Part shown: one piece after another, positions 51,992 through 61,715 of the stretch
How the letters are laid out: each line of letters opens with the position of its first letter
Numbering within the stretch: position 1 is the stretch's first letter
Translations under genes and position numbers: made by a program
The notes under the pieces: generated by a model
What the model was told of the DNA's origin: nothing
Seen by the model: only the letters and a program-made list of their open reading frames with translations
Databases searched by the model: none
Assembly (NCBI RefSeq): GCF_002087085.1
Contig: NZ_MWQY01000011.1
Coordinates: 1 to 64,000, forward strand
DNA: 64,000 bases
Direction: 5' to 3'

Positions 51992-52943
51992 CCAGTAACC
52001 TGCTCTTCAGGTCTTCGGTACTGACCTCTCCTTCGATCATTCCCAGGTCTCTGAGGAAGGCGATGTCTTTCATAAGTCCCTGTTCATCGGAGGCGGTAAA
52101 GCTTTCGGCAATGCCGCTCCGTTCATAAAGCTCCCGGGCGGCTTCAATGGAGATGTCCTGCTGGGAGGCACCGATGGTCAGGGCTTTTTCGGGATTCTCC
52201 ATAATATAGCGGTAGCTCTCTTTCTGGACCTTCCTGTAGCGCCTGATGATTTCCGGATACTCCTCGGTAAAAGAGCGGGGAGAAACGCTGACCAAAAGGG
52301 GCTGCACATAACCGGCGCTGGTGGTGAGTATCCGCCCTCCCGCATCCTGGGTTTTTAGAACCAGGGCAGCCGCCAGCAGGGCTGCATCCACCTGGCCTGC
52401 CAGCAGGGCGGCCTGGGCCTGGGGCAGTCCCATGGACACGAGACTCACATTTTCCAGGCCCTCTTTACGGATGACCGATTCCAGAAGCTGATGAAGAACC
52501 GTGCCTTTAGGACCGGCTACGGTTTTTCCGCTTAATTCACTCAAATCGGCGGGACCTTCTGCGGCGGTCATGATGGTGAATGTATCCACCGGTCTGCTGA
52601 CCACATCGATGATATCCACATTGTTACCGGCGGCATTGGCGATGATGACCGACGCGGTGTTCATAACGGAGGCGATATCCAGAGAACCGGCGGCCATGGC
52701 TTCGGCCTGTTTGGCTCCGGAGGTGATTTCATGCCAGTTAACGGCGATCCCGTCCCGGGCGAACTCCTTCTCGAGAAGGCCATGTTCCTTCATTACCATG
52801 ACCTGCAGGTTGAAGGGGGACTTTACATAGGAGATGTTGATCTCTGTCAGTTCATTTCCGTCTCTCCGGCCACCGGCGGAGATGGTGGAAATGAACAGCA
52901 GAAAAACAGACAGCGTGAGAACATATTTCTTTATACGGTACAT
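51981..52943 (-). CDS. ABC substrate-binding protein (SsuA/NrtA/CpmA family)
   Basis: Signal peptide SAGG, YVKSPFN, AMAAGSLD, GKTVAGPKGTVLHQLL. Confidence 0.87.
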   Translation of the reverse strand: MYRIKKYVLTLSVFLLFISTISAGGRRDGNELTEINISYVKSPFNLQVMVMKEHGLLEKEFARDGIAVNWHEITSGAKQAEAMAAGSLDIASVMNTASVIIANAAGNNVDIIDVVSRPVDTFTIMTAAEGPADLSELSGKTVAGPKGTVLHQLLESVIRKEGLENVSLVSMGLPQAQAALLAGQVDAALLAAALVLKTQDAGGRILTTSAGYVQPLLVSVSPRSFTEEYPEIIRRYRKVQKESYRYIMENPEKALTIGASQQDISIEAARELYERSGIAESFTASDEQGLMKDIAFLRDLGMIEGEVSTEDLKSRLLDVQ

Positions 52944-52964
52944 AAAAACCTCTTGGAAAATCAG

Positions 52965-52988
52965 AATAGTTAATGTATATTAACTATT
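52965..52988 (-). promoter_or_regulatory. Perfect 10-4-10 palindromic operator over the promoter of the SsuA-like operon
   Basis: AATAGTTAAT-GTAT-ATTAACTATT; minus-strand TTGACA at 52999-53004. Confidence 0.65.
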
Positions 52989-53402
52989 TATGCTTATTTG
53001 TCAATAACAAAGTTAGCTTCCCCAAATAAAGAGAGTGCTCCTCAGGTAAAACAGTAAATCATTCTCTCTTCTTCCTTGCATAATCTTCATGTATATACCC
53101 GGCGTTTTTCTCAGGACTCCATTCACTCTGAGAGATCAGTGAGAAATTCCCCCCCCAAAGTTCACGAAGTCTGCAGAGTTTACGTGTAATGGAGTATTCT
53201 CGTGGGGTTTCTGGATATTCATCTGTCTCTGTGTTCTCGGAGGCTCGGCGGCAAGAAACCTTCTACATCTTTTTTATTCTACCCAACCTTGTTCATGAAA
53301 AAAATGTAAAAAATCTTCCCGGGTAGAATCACATCCTCTTTTTCCGGGTTTTACACTGTATACACGGCGCCGAAACGTGATTTACAAAATTTGGAGGAAA
53401 AG

Positions 53403-53813
53403 ATGAACCAACTGAACACTATCCATCTGGACGGAAACCTGGTGCGGGACCCCCAGCGAAAGGAGACACCAAAAGGTACCCCGGTCTGTACCTTTTCAGT
53501 GGCTTCCAACCGTTATTTTCGCCAGGATGAAGAGAACAAACAGGAGGTCTCCTTCTTCGATGTGGAGACCTGGGCCGATACTGCCGAGACTTGTGCAAAG
53601 GTCCTGAAGAAGGGGCGTGGGGTGCGTATTTTCGGGAGGCTCAAACAGGACCGCTGGGAAGATGCGGAGGGAAAGACCCAGTACCGGATAAAGATCGTTG
53701 CAGACAAGGTGGAATTCCGGCCTCAGTTCAATAAAACCGGTAAAAGTGATGATGCTGAAGACGGGGCGTCGGAGGACCGGGTGGAGGAGGAAGCTGCCGA
53801 GCTGGTGATATGA
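53403..53813 (+). CDS. ssb: Single-stranded DNA-binding protein
   Basis: LDGNLVRDP, FSVASNR, FFDVETW, KKGRGVRIFGRLKQDRW; GGAGG SD; acidic tail. Confidence 0.92.
   Translation: MNQLNTIHLDGNLVRDPQRKETPKGTPVCTFSVASNRYFRQDEENKQEVSFFDVETWADTAETCAKVLKKGRGVRIFGRLKQDRWEDAEGKTQYRIKIVADKVEFRPQFNKTGKSDDAEDGASEDRVEEEAAELVI
53646..53788 (+). repeat. Direct repeat copy 1 (ssb 3' region)
   Basis: Colinear with 59107-59249; the last 65 bp (53724-53788) differ at one position. Confidence 0.9.
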
Positions 53814-53830
53814 ATCGTTACGCTTGTATA

Positions 53831-53855
53831 GACTGGAGTCCTCCGGGCTCCAGTC
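53831..53855 (+). terminator. Hairpin after ssb
   Basis: GACTGGAGTCC-tcc-GGGCTCCAGTC followed by a pyrimidine run. Confidence 0.5.
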
Positions 53856-54082
53856 CCTTCTTATGGGCATAACAGGTCGGGAATGTGGAGTGATAATAGC
53901 AGGCCCATAGCGGCTGCAGCTTTTTCGGGTGTTAAGCTGCAGGGTTATTGATTTTCGGGCCTGTCGGAAGCGTCTACAGAACAGTATGAGAGTCTCTGAA
54001 TCTCCTAAAAAAAGGAACCTCTTTGAAGATTCTGGATTTCAGCATAAATCTATTTTGATACATTGAATTGCCGGTACCCAGG

Positions 54083-55165
54083 CTACTTTTTTTCCCCCGA
54101 TTGCCGCCGCGACGGCAGAAGCCGGAGCGGAAGGGCAAGTTTGAATTTGCTCCCACGCAATGACATAATGACGCTTTGCAGTACAATGAAAAGATACAGC
54201 AGGAGCCCGCTGATTATCGCCTGGAAATTTGACTGGATACCCGCAGCACGGATCAGTTCATTGATTATCAGAAGGGTCAGTGTGCCGATCGGTGCACCCA
54301 GCGGGTTTCCTACGCCGCCGTTGAGTAAGGTGCCGCCTATTATAGCCGATGCTATTGCTTTTATTTCAAACCCTGCCGCGTTTCCCACATTTCCAGCCCC
54401 TGTCGTCATTATGTACACGAATCCCGCAATCCCGGCTGTCAGTCCGCATATAATGTATGCGAAGAATTTCGTTCCCTTTACATTGATACCGAGCATCATG
54501 GCACTCTGTTCATTGCCGCCGACAGCGTAAACATTGCGGCCGACCCGCGACCACTTCATAAAGGCGGCGATGAGGGCAACAAGGACTATCACTATAATGA
54601 CACCCGGTTTGATTTCACAGGGGATGAAGACGCCCAGCCTGTTCTGCGTGCCAAGCCAGGGAATCATTATTTTTGCATCCCGCAGGGCAACGAAAGCAGG
54701 CATGCTCACGTTGATCGGATCTTTGTGGAGTGACGTCAGCAGTCCTTTCGCCAGGAACAATCCTGAAAGCGTTATGATAAATGGCTGTATCTCAAGGTAG
54801 GCAATGAGAAATCCCTGAAGGAGACCGAATGCGATACCTATGGCCAGAGCAATAAGCAGGGCGCCCGGAATGCTTCCCGCGTCAGATTCCAGAAATACGG
54901 CACAGGCCATGGTTACCAGGCCGCAAACTGAGCCTATGGAAATGTCAATGCCGCCTACGATCATAACTACGCACAGCCCAAGTGTCATGATGATGAGCGG
55001 AGCATTCAGGTTGAACAGATCAAAGAAGGTCTGAAACTGCAGGAAACTGCGCGGAAAACTTATAATCGCAAACAGGTACATCAGTACAAATATTACTGCA
55101 GCAATGATAAACAGAAGGTTTGAATTCGATAGTTTTGTTTTGGGCCCGGCACTCGGAGAATTCAC
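54083..55165 (-). CDS. Sugar ABC permease (YjfF-like)
   Basis: GGIDISIGS, IQPFIITL, GRNVYAVGGNEQSA, IIGGTLLNGGVG; probable GTG start at 55165. Confidence 0.88.
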   Translation of the reverse strand: MNSPSAGPKTKLSNSNLLFIIAAVIFVLMYLFAIISFPRSFLQFQTFFDLFNLNAPLIIMTLGLCVVMIVGGIDISIGSVCGLVTMACAVFLESDAGSIPGALLIALAIGIAFGLLQGFLIAYLEIQPFIITLSGLFLAKGLLTSLHKDPINVSMPAFVALRDAKIMIPWLGTQNRLGVFIPCEIKPGVIIVIVLVALIAAFMKWSRVGRNVYAVGGNEQSAMMLGINVKGTKFFAYIICGLTAGIAGFVYIMTTGAGNVGNAAGFEIKAIASAIIGGTLLNGGVGNPLGAPIGTLTLLIINELIRAAGIQSNFQAIISGLLLYLFIVLQSVIMSLRGSKFKLALPLRLLPSRRQSGEKK

Positions 55166-55166
55166 C

Positions 55167-56243
55167 CTAATCCACCTTCTTTCCGGATGTGTTTCCGTCG
55201 ATAAACTCTGTCTCGACAGTCTCATCCGCCCCTATCATTGTTCTAACCTTGTCCAGAACCTTGCCGGAATAAAACCTGGTCACCGGAGAAGCTACTACCA
55301 TGAGAATCATAATGAAAACCGCTTTGAAAGCCAGAATGGCCTCGGGTTCCACCTCCAGCCTGAGCAGGGTCCTGTTCAGCATCTCTATGGTGTATGCGCC
55401 GATGATAGAACCGGTAATGCTGAATTTCCCGCCGCCCAGTGAGTTCCCGCCGATTGCTACGGCGAGAATCGCATCCATCATGATGAACTTGAGCAGATTG
55501 ACGCTGTCGTGACGTCCCGCCTTGTTCACTGCGATGAAACCTGCGACGGCGGTACATACTCCCATAATCAGAAAGGTCAGGAATATGATTTTCTTCGGAT
55601 TGATACCGTTCAAACGCGCAGCGCTCGGGTTGATTCCTACCGACTCCACATAGAGCCTGAGGTTCGTGGTTTTAAGTACTACGACGACAATCAATATAAA
55701 CAGGGCGGTCAGGATTATGGGAGTCTGTATAGGAACTCCCGGTATTACTGTACCGATTTGATTCGATATATCATTTGCCAGAATGGGAGATAATTTGCCA
55801 TCAATCATGAAGGCGATGGACCTGCCTCCCATTAAAAGTATGAGGGTTGCAACCATTGGCTGAACTTTGAATATCGAAACCAGGGTACCGTTGAATACGC
55901 CAAGGACTAAACCGGCTGCACAGCTTATCAGAAAACCCGCCACTATGGTTAACAATGTGACTTCGCCGGCATTCAGGACAAACAGGACAAATATGGCGGA
56001 CGTAATGGTAGCGCTGACACCTATGCTTATGTCCTGCCCTTGTGAGGCCGCAGTAACCAGAGTCATGCCTATTGACAGAATCACCAGCTCCGAAGCGCCG
56101 AACAGTATATTCGGAATGTTTCCGTAAAATGCTCCGTTTACTATAGTGATGCTGAAGTAATCGACCCCCTTGATCAGATTGATGATAATGAGGAGTACCA
56201 GAACCGTGACGGGGAGAAAGAGATGAGAATATTTATCTTTCAA
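55167..56243 (-). CDS. Sugar ABC permease (YtfT-like)
   Basis: QDISIG, VQPMVATL, VGINPSAARLNG, DAILAVAIGGNSLGGGKFS. Confidence 0.88.
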   Translation of the reverse strand: MKDKYSHLFLPVTVLVLLIIINLIKGVDYFSITIVNGAFYGNIPNILFGASELVILSIGMTLVTAASQGQDISIGVSATITSAIFVLFVLNAGEVTLLTIVAGFLISCAAGLVLGVFNGTLVSIFKVQPMVATLILLMGGRSIAFMIDGKLSPILANDISNQIGTVIPGVPIQTPIILTALFILIVVVVLKTTNLRLYVESVGINPSAARLNGINPKKIIFLTFLIMGVCTAVAGFIAVNKAGRHDSVNLLKFIMMDAILAVAIGGNSLGGGKFSITGSIIGAYTIEMLNRTLLRLEVEPEAILAFKAVFIMILMVVASPVTRFYSGKVLDKVRTMIGADETVETEFIDGNTSGKKVD

Positions 56244-57751
56244 CTTTTTTCTTCCCTCCCCCGGGCTATCACTTGCATGACATCGCTTTCCGTCAAATTC
56301 ATTCCACTGAGTTCCCCGACGATTTCACGGTCCTTCATGATTATCAATCGGGAACAGGTTCGGAGCATTTCATCAATTTCCGAGGATATGAATGTCAGGC
56401 TCATTCCGCTTTCGGCGAGCTGGAGCACCAGTTTTTGGATTTCCACCTTGGTTCCGACATCGATTCCCCGTGTCGGTTCATCGAGGATCAGATACGCAGG
56501 GTGCGTGAGCAGCCAGCGGGCCAGAATGACTTTCTGCTGGTTGCCTCCCGACAGGGATTTGACGGGCGTGTTGATGTTCGGGGTTTTGATATCCAATTTC
56601 TTTATATATTCGTCGGCAAATTCCTCAACCTGTTTCTGAGCAAAAGGCTTGAAAAAGCCTTTCATAACCTGAAAGGCCAGAATAATGTTGTCGCGTACCG
56701 ACAGGTCAGCGATAACTCCGTCGCCCTTGCGGTCCTCCGGGAGATAGCCGATTCCCTGTTTCATGGCGTGCAGGGGCGTCCTGATCTTCACTCTCCTCCC
56801 GTTCATTCTGACTTCACCGCCTGTTACCTTGTCGGCGGCGAAAATTGCGCGGGCACTTTCGCTGCGTCCGGAGCCGAGCAGCCCGGCGAACCCGTTCACT
56901 TCGCCTTTTTGTATGGTAAAGTTGAAAGGCCGTACACCTGCGGCGCTCGAAAGCGCCTTCCCTTCCAAAACCGGTACGCTGGTGTCGGATGCAAGGGCCT
57001 CATGTTTTTTTATCTTTGTGACATCATCAAGATTTTTACCCATCATCTTTGAGACAAGCTCGATTTGGGGAAGTGATGATGTTTCGTATTCACCGATTAA
57101 CTTTCCATTGCGAAGCACTGTAATCCGTTCTGCAATTTCGTATACCTGCTCGAGAAAATGGGTTATGAAGATAATTCCCACGCCCCGTGATTTCAATTCG
57201 CGCATGAGTTCAAAGAGTTTATTTACCTCATCTTCGTCCAGTGAGGATGTCGGCTCATCCAGGATAAGGATCTTACAGTCCATATCGACCGTTCGGGCAA
57301 TCGCAATCATCTGCTGGACCGCAAGGGAACAGCTTGATAGTTCCTGGGTCGGACTCGCTGAAATTCCGAGGGAATCGAGCAGTTGTGCAGACTTTTCGTT
57401 TATCTTCTTCCAATTAATGAAAGGATCCCGGCTGCGGCCGATAAACATATTCTCTGCAACAGTCAGATTGGGGCAAAGAGTGATTTCCTGATAGACTGTG
57501 CCGATTCCATTTTTTTGCGCTTCCTGCGGCGACCTGAAGTGAACCTGCTTTTTATCTATAAATATATGGCCGGCGTCCTTTTCGTAAACTCCGGTTATGA
57601 CCTTTATCAGTGTGGATTTGCCCGCTCCGTTTTCTCCCATGAGGGCATGAATCTCACCCTTCCGGAGCCTGAAATCTACGTTATTAAGGGCTTTGACCTC
57701 TGGAAAAGATTTGCTGATAGCTCTCATTTCGAGTATGACTTCGGACTGCAA
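56240..57751 (-). CDS. Sugar ABC ATP-binding protein, two NBDs (YtfR-like)
   Basis: GENGAGKST, LDEPTSSL, LSGGNQQK, DEPTRGIDVG. Confidence 0.92.
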   Translation of the reverse strand: MQSEVILEMRAISKSFPEVKALNNVDFRLRKGEIHALMGENGAGKSTLIKVITGVYEKDAGHIFIDKKQVHFRSPQEAQKNGIGTVYQEITLCPNLTVAENMFIGRSRDPFINWKKINEKSAQLLDSLGISASPTQELSSCSLAVQQMIAIARTVDMDCKILILDEPTSSLDEDEVNKLFELMRELKSRGVGIIFITHFLEQVYEIAERITVLRNGKLIGEYETSSLPQIELVSKMMGKNLDDVTKIKKHEALASDTSVPVLEGKALSSAAGVRPFNFTIQKGEVNGFAGLLGSGRSESARAIFAADKVTGGEVRMNGRRVKIRTPLHAMKQGIGYLPEDRKGDGVIADLSVRDNIILAFQVMKGFFKPFAQKQVEEFADEYIKKLDIKTPNINTPVKSLSGGNQQKVILARWLLTHPAYLILDEPTRGIDVGTKVEIQKLVLQLAESGMSLTFISSEIDEMLRTCSRLIIMKDREIVGELSGMNLTESDVMQVIARGREEKS

Positions 57752-57786
57752 TCAACGATCTCCTAACAGACATCAAACAAAGCTCC

Positions 57787-57827
57787 TGCGGTGCGGTGTC
57801 ATGGTCATTGCCGAACACCGTACCGCA
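57787..57827 (-). other. Stem-loop between the binding-protein and ATPase genes
   Basis: TGCGGTGCGGTGT...ACACCGTACCGCA inverted repeat. Confidence 0.5.
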
Positions 57828-57866
57828 CATAAAACTTCGCGTTTACGTAATTGCGTTAAATGACTA

Positions 57867-58877
57867 CTACCTTGTTATCACACCTTTGCCGGGATCAGCA
57901 TTGATCCCCCATTTTTCGATGTCTTTGTCAGTTATCGTGTCGGTAGTTAAGAGTAATTCCTCCTGATACACGATTCCGTCGGGGAGATTGCCGCTTTTGA
58001 TCCACTTGGAAATCTCGGCAGCCTGACGCGGATTGCACTGCATGTCGGCATCCCAGTAGCCGGCCTGCACGTTCCGAAGTGCAAAGCGGTTAAAGTCAAA
58101 ACCAATAATCTTGACCTTGCCTCCCTTGCCGTGGGAGATTCCGGCCGCCTCGAGGGCCTGTACGGCACCTTGCGCCATTCCGTCGTTTTCCGCATAGATA
58201 ACGTTGAAATCCTTTCCTGCGGCTATTGCGGCTTCTACCACTTTGCGGGCTTCCTCAAGACTCCAGCTGTCTCCTCCTGTCCCGTCCGCCACGATATTGA
58301 GTTTCCCTTCTTTTTCGGCTTTGAGAACAGCGCCACTGCGGCCAATTTCAGCCGCGGATCCCATCTGGCCGCGAATAAGGATCAAATTAATCTTATCAAG
58401 CTTCAGACCTAAAACCCAAGCTACCGCTGTATCGCCTTCATACGCCATATCCGAAAGAAGGGCTGCCTGATAGTTTGATTTTTCTGTATCAATCGCACGG
58501 TCAAAGAGAATAACCTTTATGCCTGCGTCTTTTGCAGATTTTAAGGTGTCGTCCCATCCGGATGCGTTTGCAGCTGAGATCAGGAGGTAATCCACTCCAT
58601 CGCGAATGTAGCCTTTTGCTGCGGCAATCTGCTCGCTGTTGTCGCCGGTATTGGTTTGTTTTGCGTCATAGCCGTTCGCCCTTGAGAAGACATTGTTCAT
58701 GTCTTCAACATTGGCCTGCCGGTAACCCGATTCTTCCGGCGGCAGGTTCACGATACCGACCCTGATAAGATCACCGGCTGAGTCTGTGTCTTTACTGCCT
58801 CCGGCAAAGACCATTACCGGTGACAGCATGATAATTAACAGTAAAGCAAAGATGCAGAAAATTGAAAGCTTTTTCAT
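57867..58877 (-). CDS. Sugar ABC substrate-binding protein (YtfQ/galactofuranose-like)
   Basis: Signal peptide FAGG, ESGYRQAN, GWDDTL, VILFDR, YAENDGMA, QCNP. Confidence 0.85.
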   Translation of the reverse strand: MKKLSIFCIFALLLIIMLSPVMVFAGGSKDTDSAGDLIRVGIVNLPPEESGYRQANVEDMNNVFSRANGYDAKQTNTGDNSEQIAAAKGYIRDGVDYLLISAANASGWDDTLKSAKDAGIKVILFDRAIDTEKSNYQAALLSDMAYEGDTAVAWVLGLKLDKINLILIRGQMGSAAEIGRSGAVLKAEKEGKLNIVADGTGGDSWSLEEARKVVEAAIAAGKDFNVIYAENDGMAQGAVQALEAAGISHGKGGKVKIIGFDFNRFALRNVQAGYWDADMQCNPRQAAEISKWIKSGNLPDGIVYQEELLLTTDTITDKDIEKWGINADPGKGVITR

Positions 58878-59106
58878 TTTTCGTCCTCCACTCTTGTTAA
58901 TTTCCGGGATATACCCATTTTTTATTATACCATTGTATTATCAGAAAATATACAAATCTTTATTTACGGTCCCCTCTGCTCAAGTAATGACATGGCTTCA
59001 TACAGCATATCCAATCTTATGTCTTTAAAATGGCATTATTCCCAATAAAAAATGAAAAAAGAGATCTAACACTATCCATCCGGAAGGAACCCTGGGAGGG
59101 TTATAG

Positions 59107-59280
59107 CAGGACCGCTGGGCCGATACCGAAGGATAACCCCAGTATCAGATCAAGATCGTGGCGGACAGGGTGGAGGACCGGCCCCAGTTCAATAAAACCG
59201 GCAAAAGTGATGATGCTGAAGACGGGGCGTCGGAGGACCGGGTGGAGGACCGGCAGCAGGTTATGGCGGAAGTTTTCTAA
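59107..59280 (+). pseudogene. Degenerate ssb 3' fragment (direct repeat copy 2)
   Basis: In the ssb frame it reads QDRWADTEG*PQYQIKIVADRVEDRPQFNKTGKSDDAEDGASEDRVEDRQQVMAEVF*; no 5' half. Confidence 0.85.
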
Positions 59281-59368
59281 AATCAGCTGATTGAAGCATA
59301 GCCCGGGTACGGAGAGTACCATTCCCGCGCTATGCACCTGGCTGCGTACCAGGTTTTAATCCCCTGTT

Positions 59369-60085
59369 TTAATAGTTCATACTGAAGCCGCCGCGCAGTA
59401 CCGGGCGTACCGGATTCTGTTCAACGTCCAGGCTTCCGAAGCCGCCGTCAAACTCATCCAGCATGGGGTTCGAGACCATTACTCCCAGGCCTGCGAAAAG
59501 CCGTTTATTCTGGCCCATTCTAAGACTTCCTTCCAGCGTCAGCTCCAGCAGCATTCCAAGTGGATTGTCCGTTCCTCCGCTGATTGTGTTATCTTCGTCG
59601 GAATCATCGACAACTTCATAATCGCCACCCCCCACCTGTATGCCTATGCCTATCTCGGTACCGATGCTTATGCCTCCTGCTTTAGCTCCCAGGTCCAGAC
59701 GGTAACCGTATTTCTGCATGATGTAGACGCAGCCTGCAAAAAGTTCGGCTACATGAGCATCCATGCTCGCGTCGCTGATATAAAAGGAATCAGATTCCCC
59801 CAGGTGGTAGATTGTGGCCCCCACTTCGTAGCCGGTATAGAAGCCTCCCCGTTTGGAGATGTTGGTACCGTTCAATATACGGAAATCGAATCCCGGAACC
59901 AGGATTGTCTCTTCCAGTCCGTTATCGTCACTTACGTTGAGCATCATTAAGGAAAGACCGTAGGAAGGTGACGAAAAGCGTTTCTTCCAGCCATCTTCCG
60001 CAAACGCATTGTCCTGGGCGAAGACCGCCGAACTAATGCTCAGTACAACGATTACGGTAACTGCCACAACAAAAAATTTCTTCAT
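59369..60085 (-). CDS. Exported hypothetical protein, probable outer-membrane beta-barrel
   Basis: Signal peptide AVFA|Q, Gly/aromatic alternating strands, terminal aromatic residue (GFSMNY); GGAGG SD. Confidence 0.65.
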   Translation of the reverse strand: MKKFFVVAVTVIVVLSISSAVFAQDNAFAEDGWKKRFSSPSYGLSLMMLNVSDDNGLEETILVPGFDFRILNGTNISKRGGFYTGYEVGATIYHLGESDSFYISDASMDAHVAELFAGCVYIMQKYGYRLDLGAKAGGISIGTEIGIGIQVGGGDYEVVDDSDEDNTISGGTDNPLGMLLELTLEGSLRMGQNKRLFAGLGVMVSNPMLDEFDGGFGSLDVEQNPVRPVLRGGFSMNY

Positions 60086-60207
60086 ATCCGTCCTCCTGTA
60101 TATACTTGATTCCTATTCTCATTATAACACACTCTGGCCGGTACCGGGATAATTCCCGGCCACGGACCGGTACCCGGGTAAAACAACAGAGCATCAAAAT
60201 ATGGGAC

Positions 60208-60272
60208 TTGACAGTACATGTTTCTTCCTGTAGTTTCTTTATACAGAAACGTTACTGTTTGTAGAAACGTTA
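60208..60272 (+). promoter_or_regulatory. trp operon promoter with tandem AGAAACGTTA boxes
   Basis: TTGACA (60208)-17 bp-TAGTTT (60231); AGAAACGTTA at 60245-60254 and 60263-60272. Confidence 0.55.
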
Positions 60273-60290
60273 TAGTCGGGAGAGATACCT

Positions 60291-61697
60291 ATGAAAACCG
60301 AACGAAAAGAACGGGTTCTGATAAAAGCGGTCCCGGGGGACAAGTTCACTCCCTATTCCCTCGCCAGGAAACTGGGGGCCAGGGCGCTGCTTGAAAGCTC
60401 CTCCTTCGCAAAGGGAAAGGAGCGCTTCTCTGTTCTGCTGGTCGAGGAGGCCTTCAGGCTGCAGCAGCTGGACAGGGATATTTTCTTTGTACGGGAAGGA
60501 AAATCAAAACGGATAAAAAGCGGTGCCCGGGATATTCTGGATGTGCTGAATTATTTTGCTGACCAGCACAAGTCTCTGGGGCTCGAGCTTCCTTTTCCCG
60601 CCGGGGGGATCGGATTCCTCTCCTACGAGTTCGCCCGCTTTTGTGATGACATAAAATTTCTTCCCAAGACTCCGGATATGGAGATACCCGATGCCTGTTT
60701 TCTGTTTGGAAATCTGTATGTAATCTTCGACCACTACACGGATATTCTCTACCTTGTGGCCCTGGATTATGAAGAGGCCCCGGCAGACCTTGAGAAACTT
60801 ATAGCGGATACGGAAAAACGCCTTGGCAATCTTGATTTTACCTATCTCGAGGAGCCGGAAAAAGGATATGCCTCAGAGGTGGCGGACAGCGAGGAGGAGC
60901 GTAAGGGATACATGGATGGGGTCAGGAAGGTCCGGGAGCGGATTATCGCAGGGGATATTCTGCAGGGTGTGCTTTCACGACGGGTTACCCTGCGGACGAC
61001 GATTCCTCCCCTGGAAGCTTACCGGCACCTGAGGACTTCAAATCCTTCACCCTATCTCTTTTTTCTTGATTTTGATGATTATGCGATTTTCGGATCTTCC
61101 CCGGAGGTTCATGTAAAGGTAAAGGACGGATATGCGGAGATCCACCCCATCGCGGGAACCCGGCGGAGGGGGAAAACGGAGGAGGATGACCGTCACCTTG
61201 AAGAGGAGCTCAAAGCCGACGAAAAGGAGCGGGCCGAACACCTTATGCTGGTAGACCTGGCCCGTAACGATCTGGGACGGGTATGCGAACCTGGTACGAT
61301 AAAAGTGACCTCCTTCATGGAGGTGGAACGTTATTCCCATGTCATGCATCTCGTATCGCGGGTGCGGGGAAAACTTGGAGACAGGAGTTCCGCCCAGGTG
61401 ATTCGCGCCACCTTTCCTGCAGGAACCGTTTCCGGAGCACCCAAGCTGAAGGCCATGGAGATAATCGATTCCCTTGAACCGCTTCCCCGGGGTTTTTACG
61501 CGGGACTTGTGGGATACTTCGAACCCGGCGGGCAGATGGATACATGCATCACCATACGCGCGGCTCTGCAGCGGGGTGAGACTATTACCCTGCAGGCGGG
61601 CGCAGGAATCGTGTATGACTCGACCCCTGAGAGGGAGTACGAGGAAACGGGTGAAAAGCTCGGGGCTCTTCTTTCCGCCATCGAGGCACAGATCTGA
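60291..61697 (+). CDS. trpE: Anthranilate synthase component I
   Basis: LLESS, NPSPYLF, SSPE, PIAGTRRRG, EHLMLVDLARND, PAGTVSGAPK, QAGAGIVYDS. Confidence 0.93.
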   Translation: MKTERKERVLIKAVPGDKFTPYSLARKLGARALLESSSFAKGKERFSVLLVEEAFRLQQLDRDIFFVREGKSKRIKSGARDILDVLNYFADQHKSLGLELPFPAGGIGFLSYEFARFCDDIKFLPKTPDMEIPDACFLFGNLYVIFDHYTDILYLVALDYEEAPADLEKLIADTEKRLGNLDFTYLEEPEKGYASEVADSEEERKGYMDGVRKVRERIIAGDILQGVLSRRVTLRTTIPPLEAYRHLRTSNPSPYLFFLDFDDYAIFGSSPEVHVKVKDGYAEIHPIAGTRRRGKTEEDDRHLEEELKADEKERAEHLMLVDLARNDLGRVCEPGTIKVTSFMEVERYSHVMHLVSRVRGKLGDRSSAQVIRATFPAGTVSGAPKLKAMEIIDSLEPLPRGFYAGLVGYFEPGGQMDTCITIRAALQRGETITLQAGAGIVYDSTPEREYEETGEKLGALLSAIEAQI

Positions 61698-61715
61698 TTC
61701 GAAGGAGATTCGATA

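Noticed and set aside
53646..59249. ssb repeat pair as a diversity-generating retroelement TR/VR
   Set aside because: Mismatches include C/T, T/G and G/C changes, so they are not adenine-specific, and there is no reverse transcriptase in the window.
59030..59290. 86-aa ORF in the track as a real gene
   Set aside because: It is an alternative frame over the ssb remnant; the conserved reading is in the ssb frame and contains stops.
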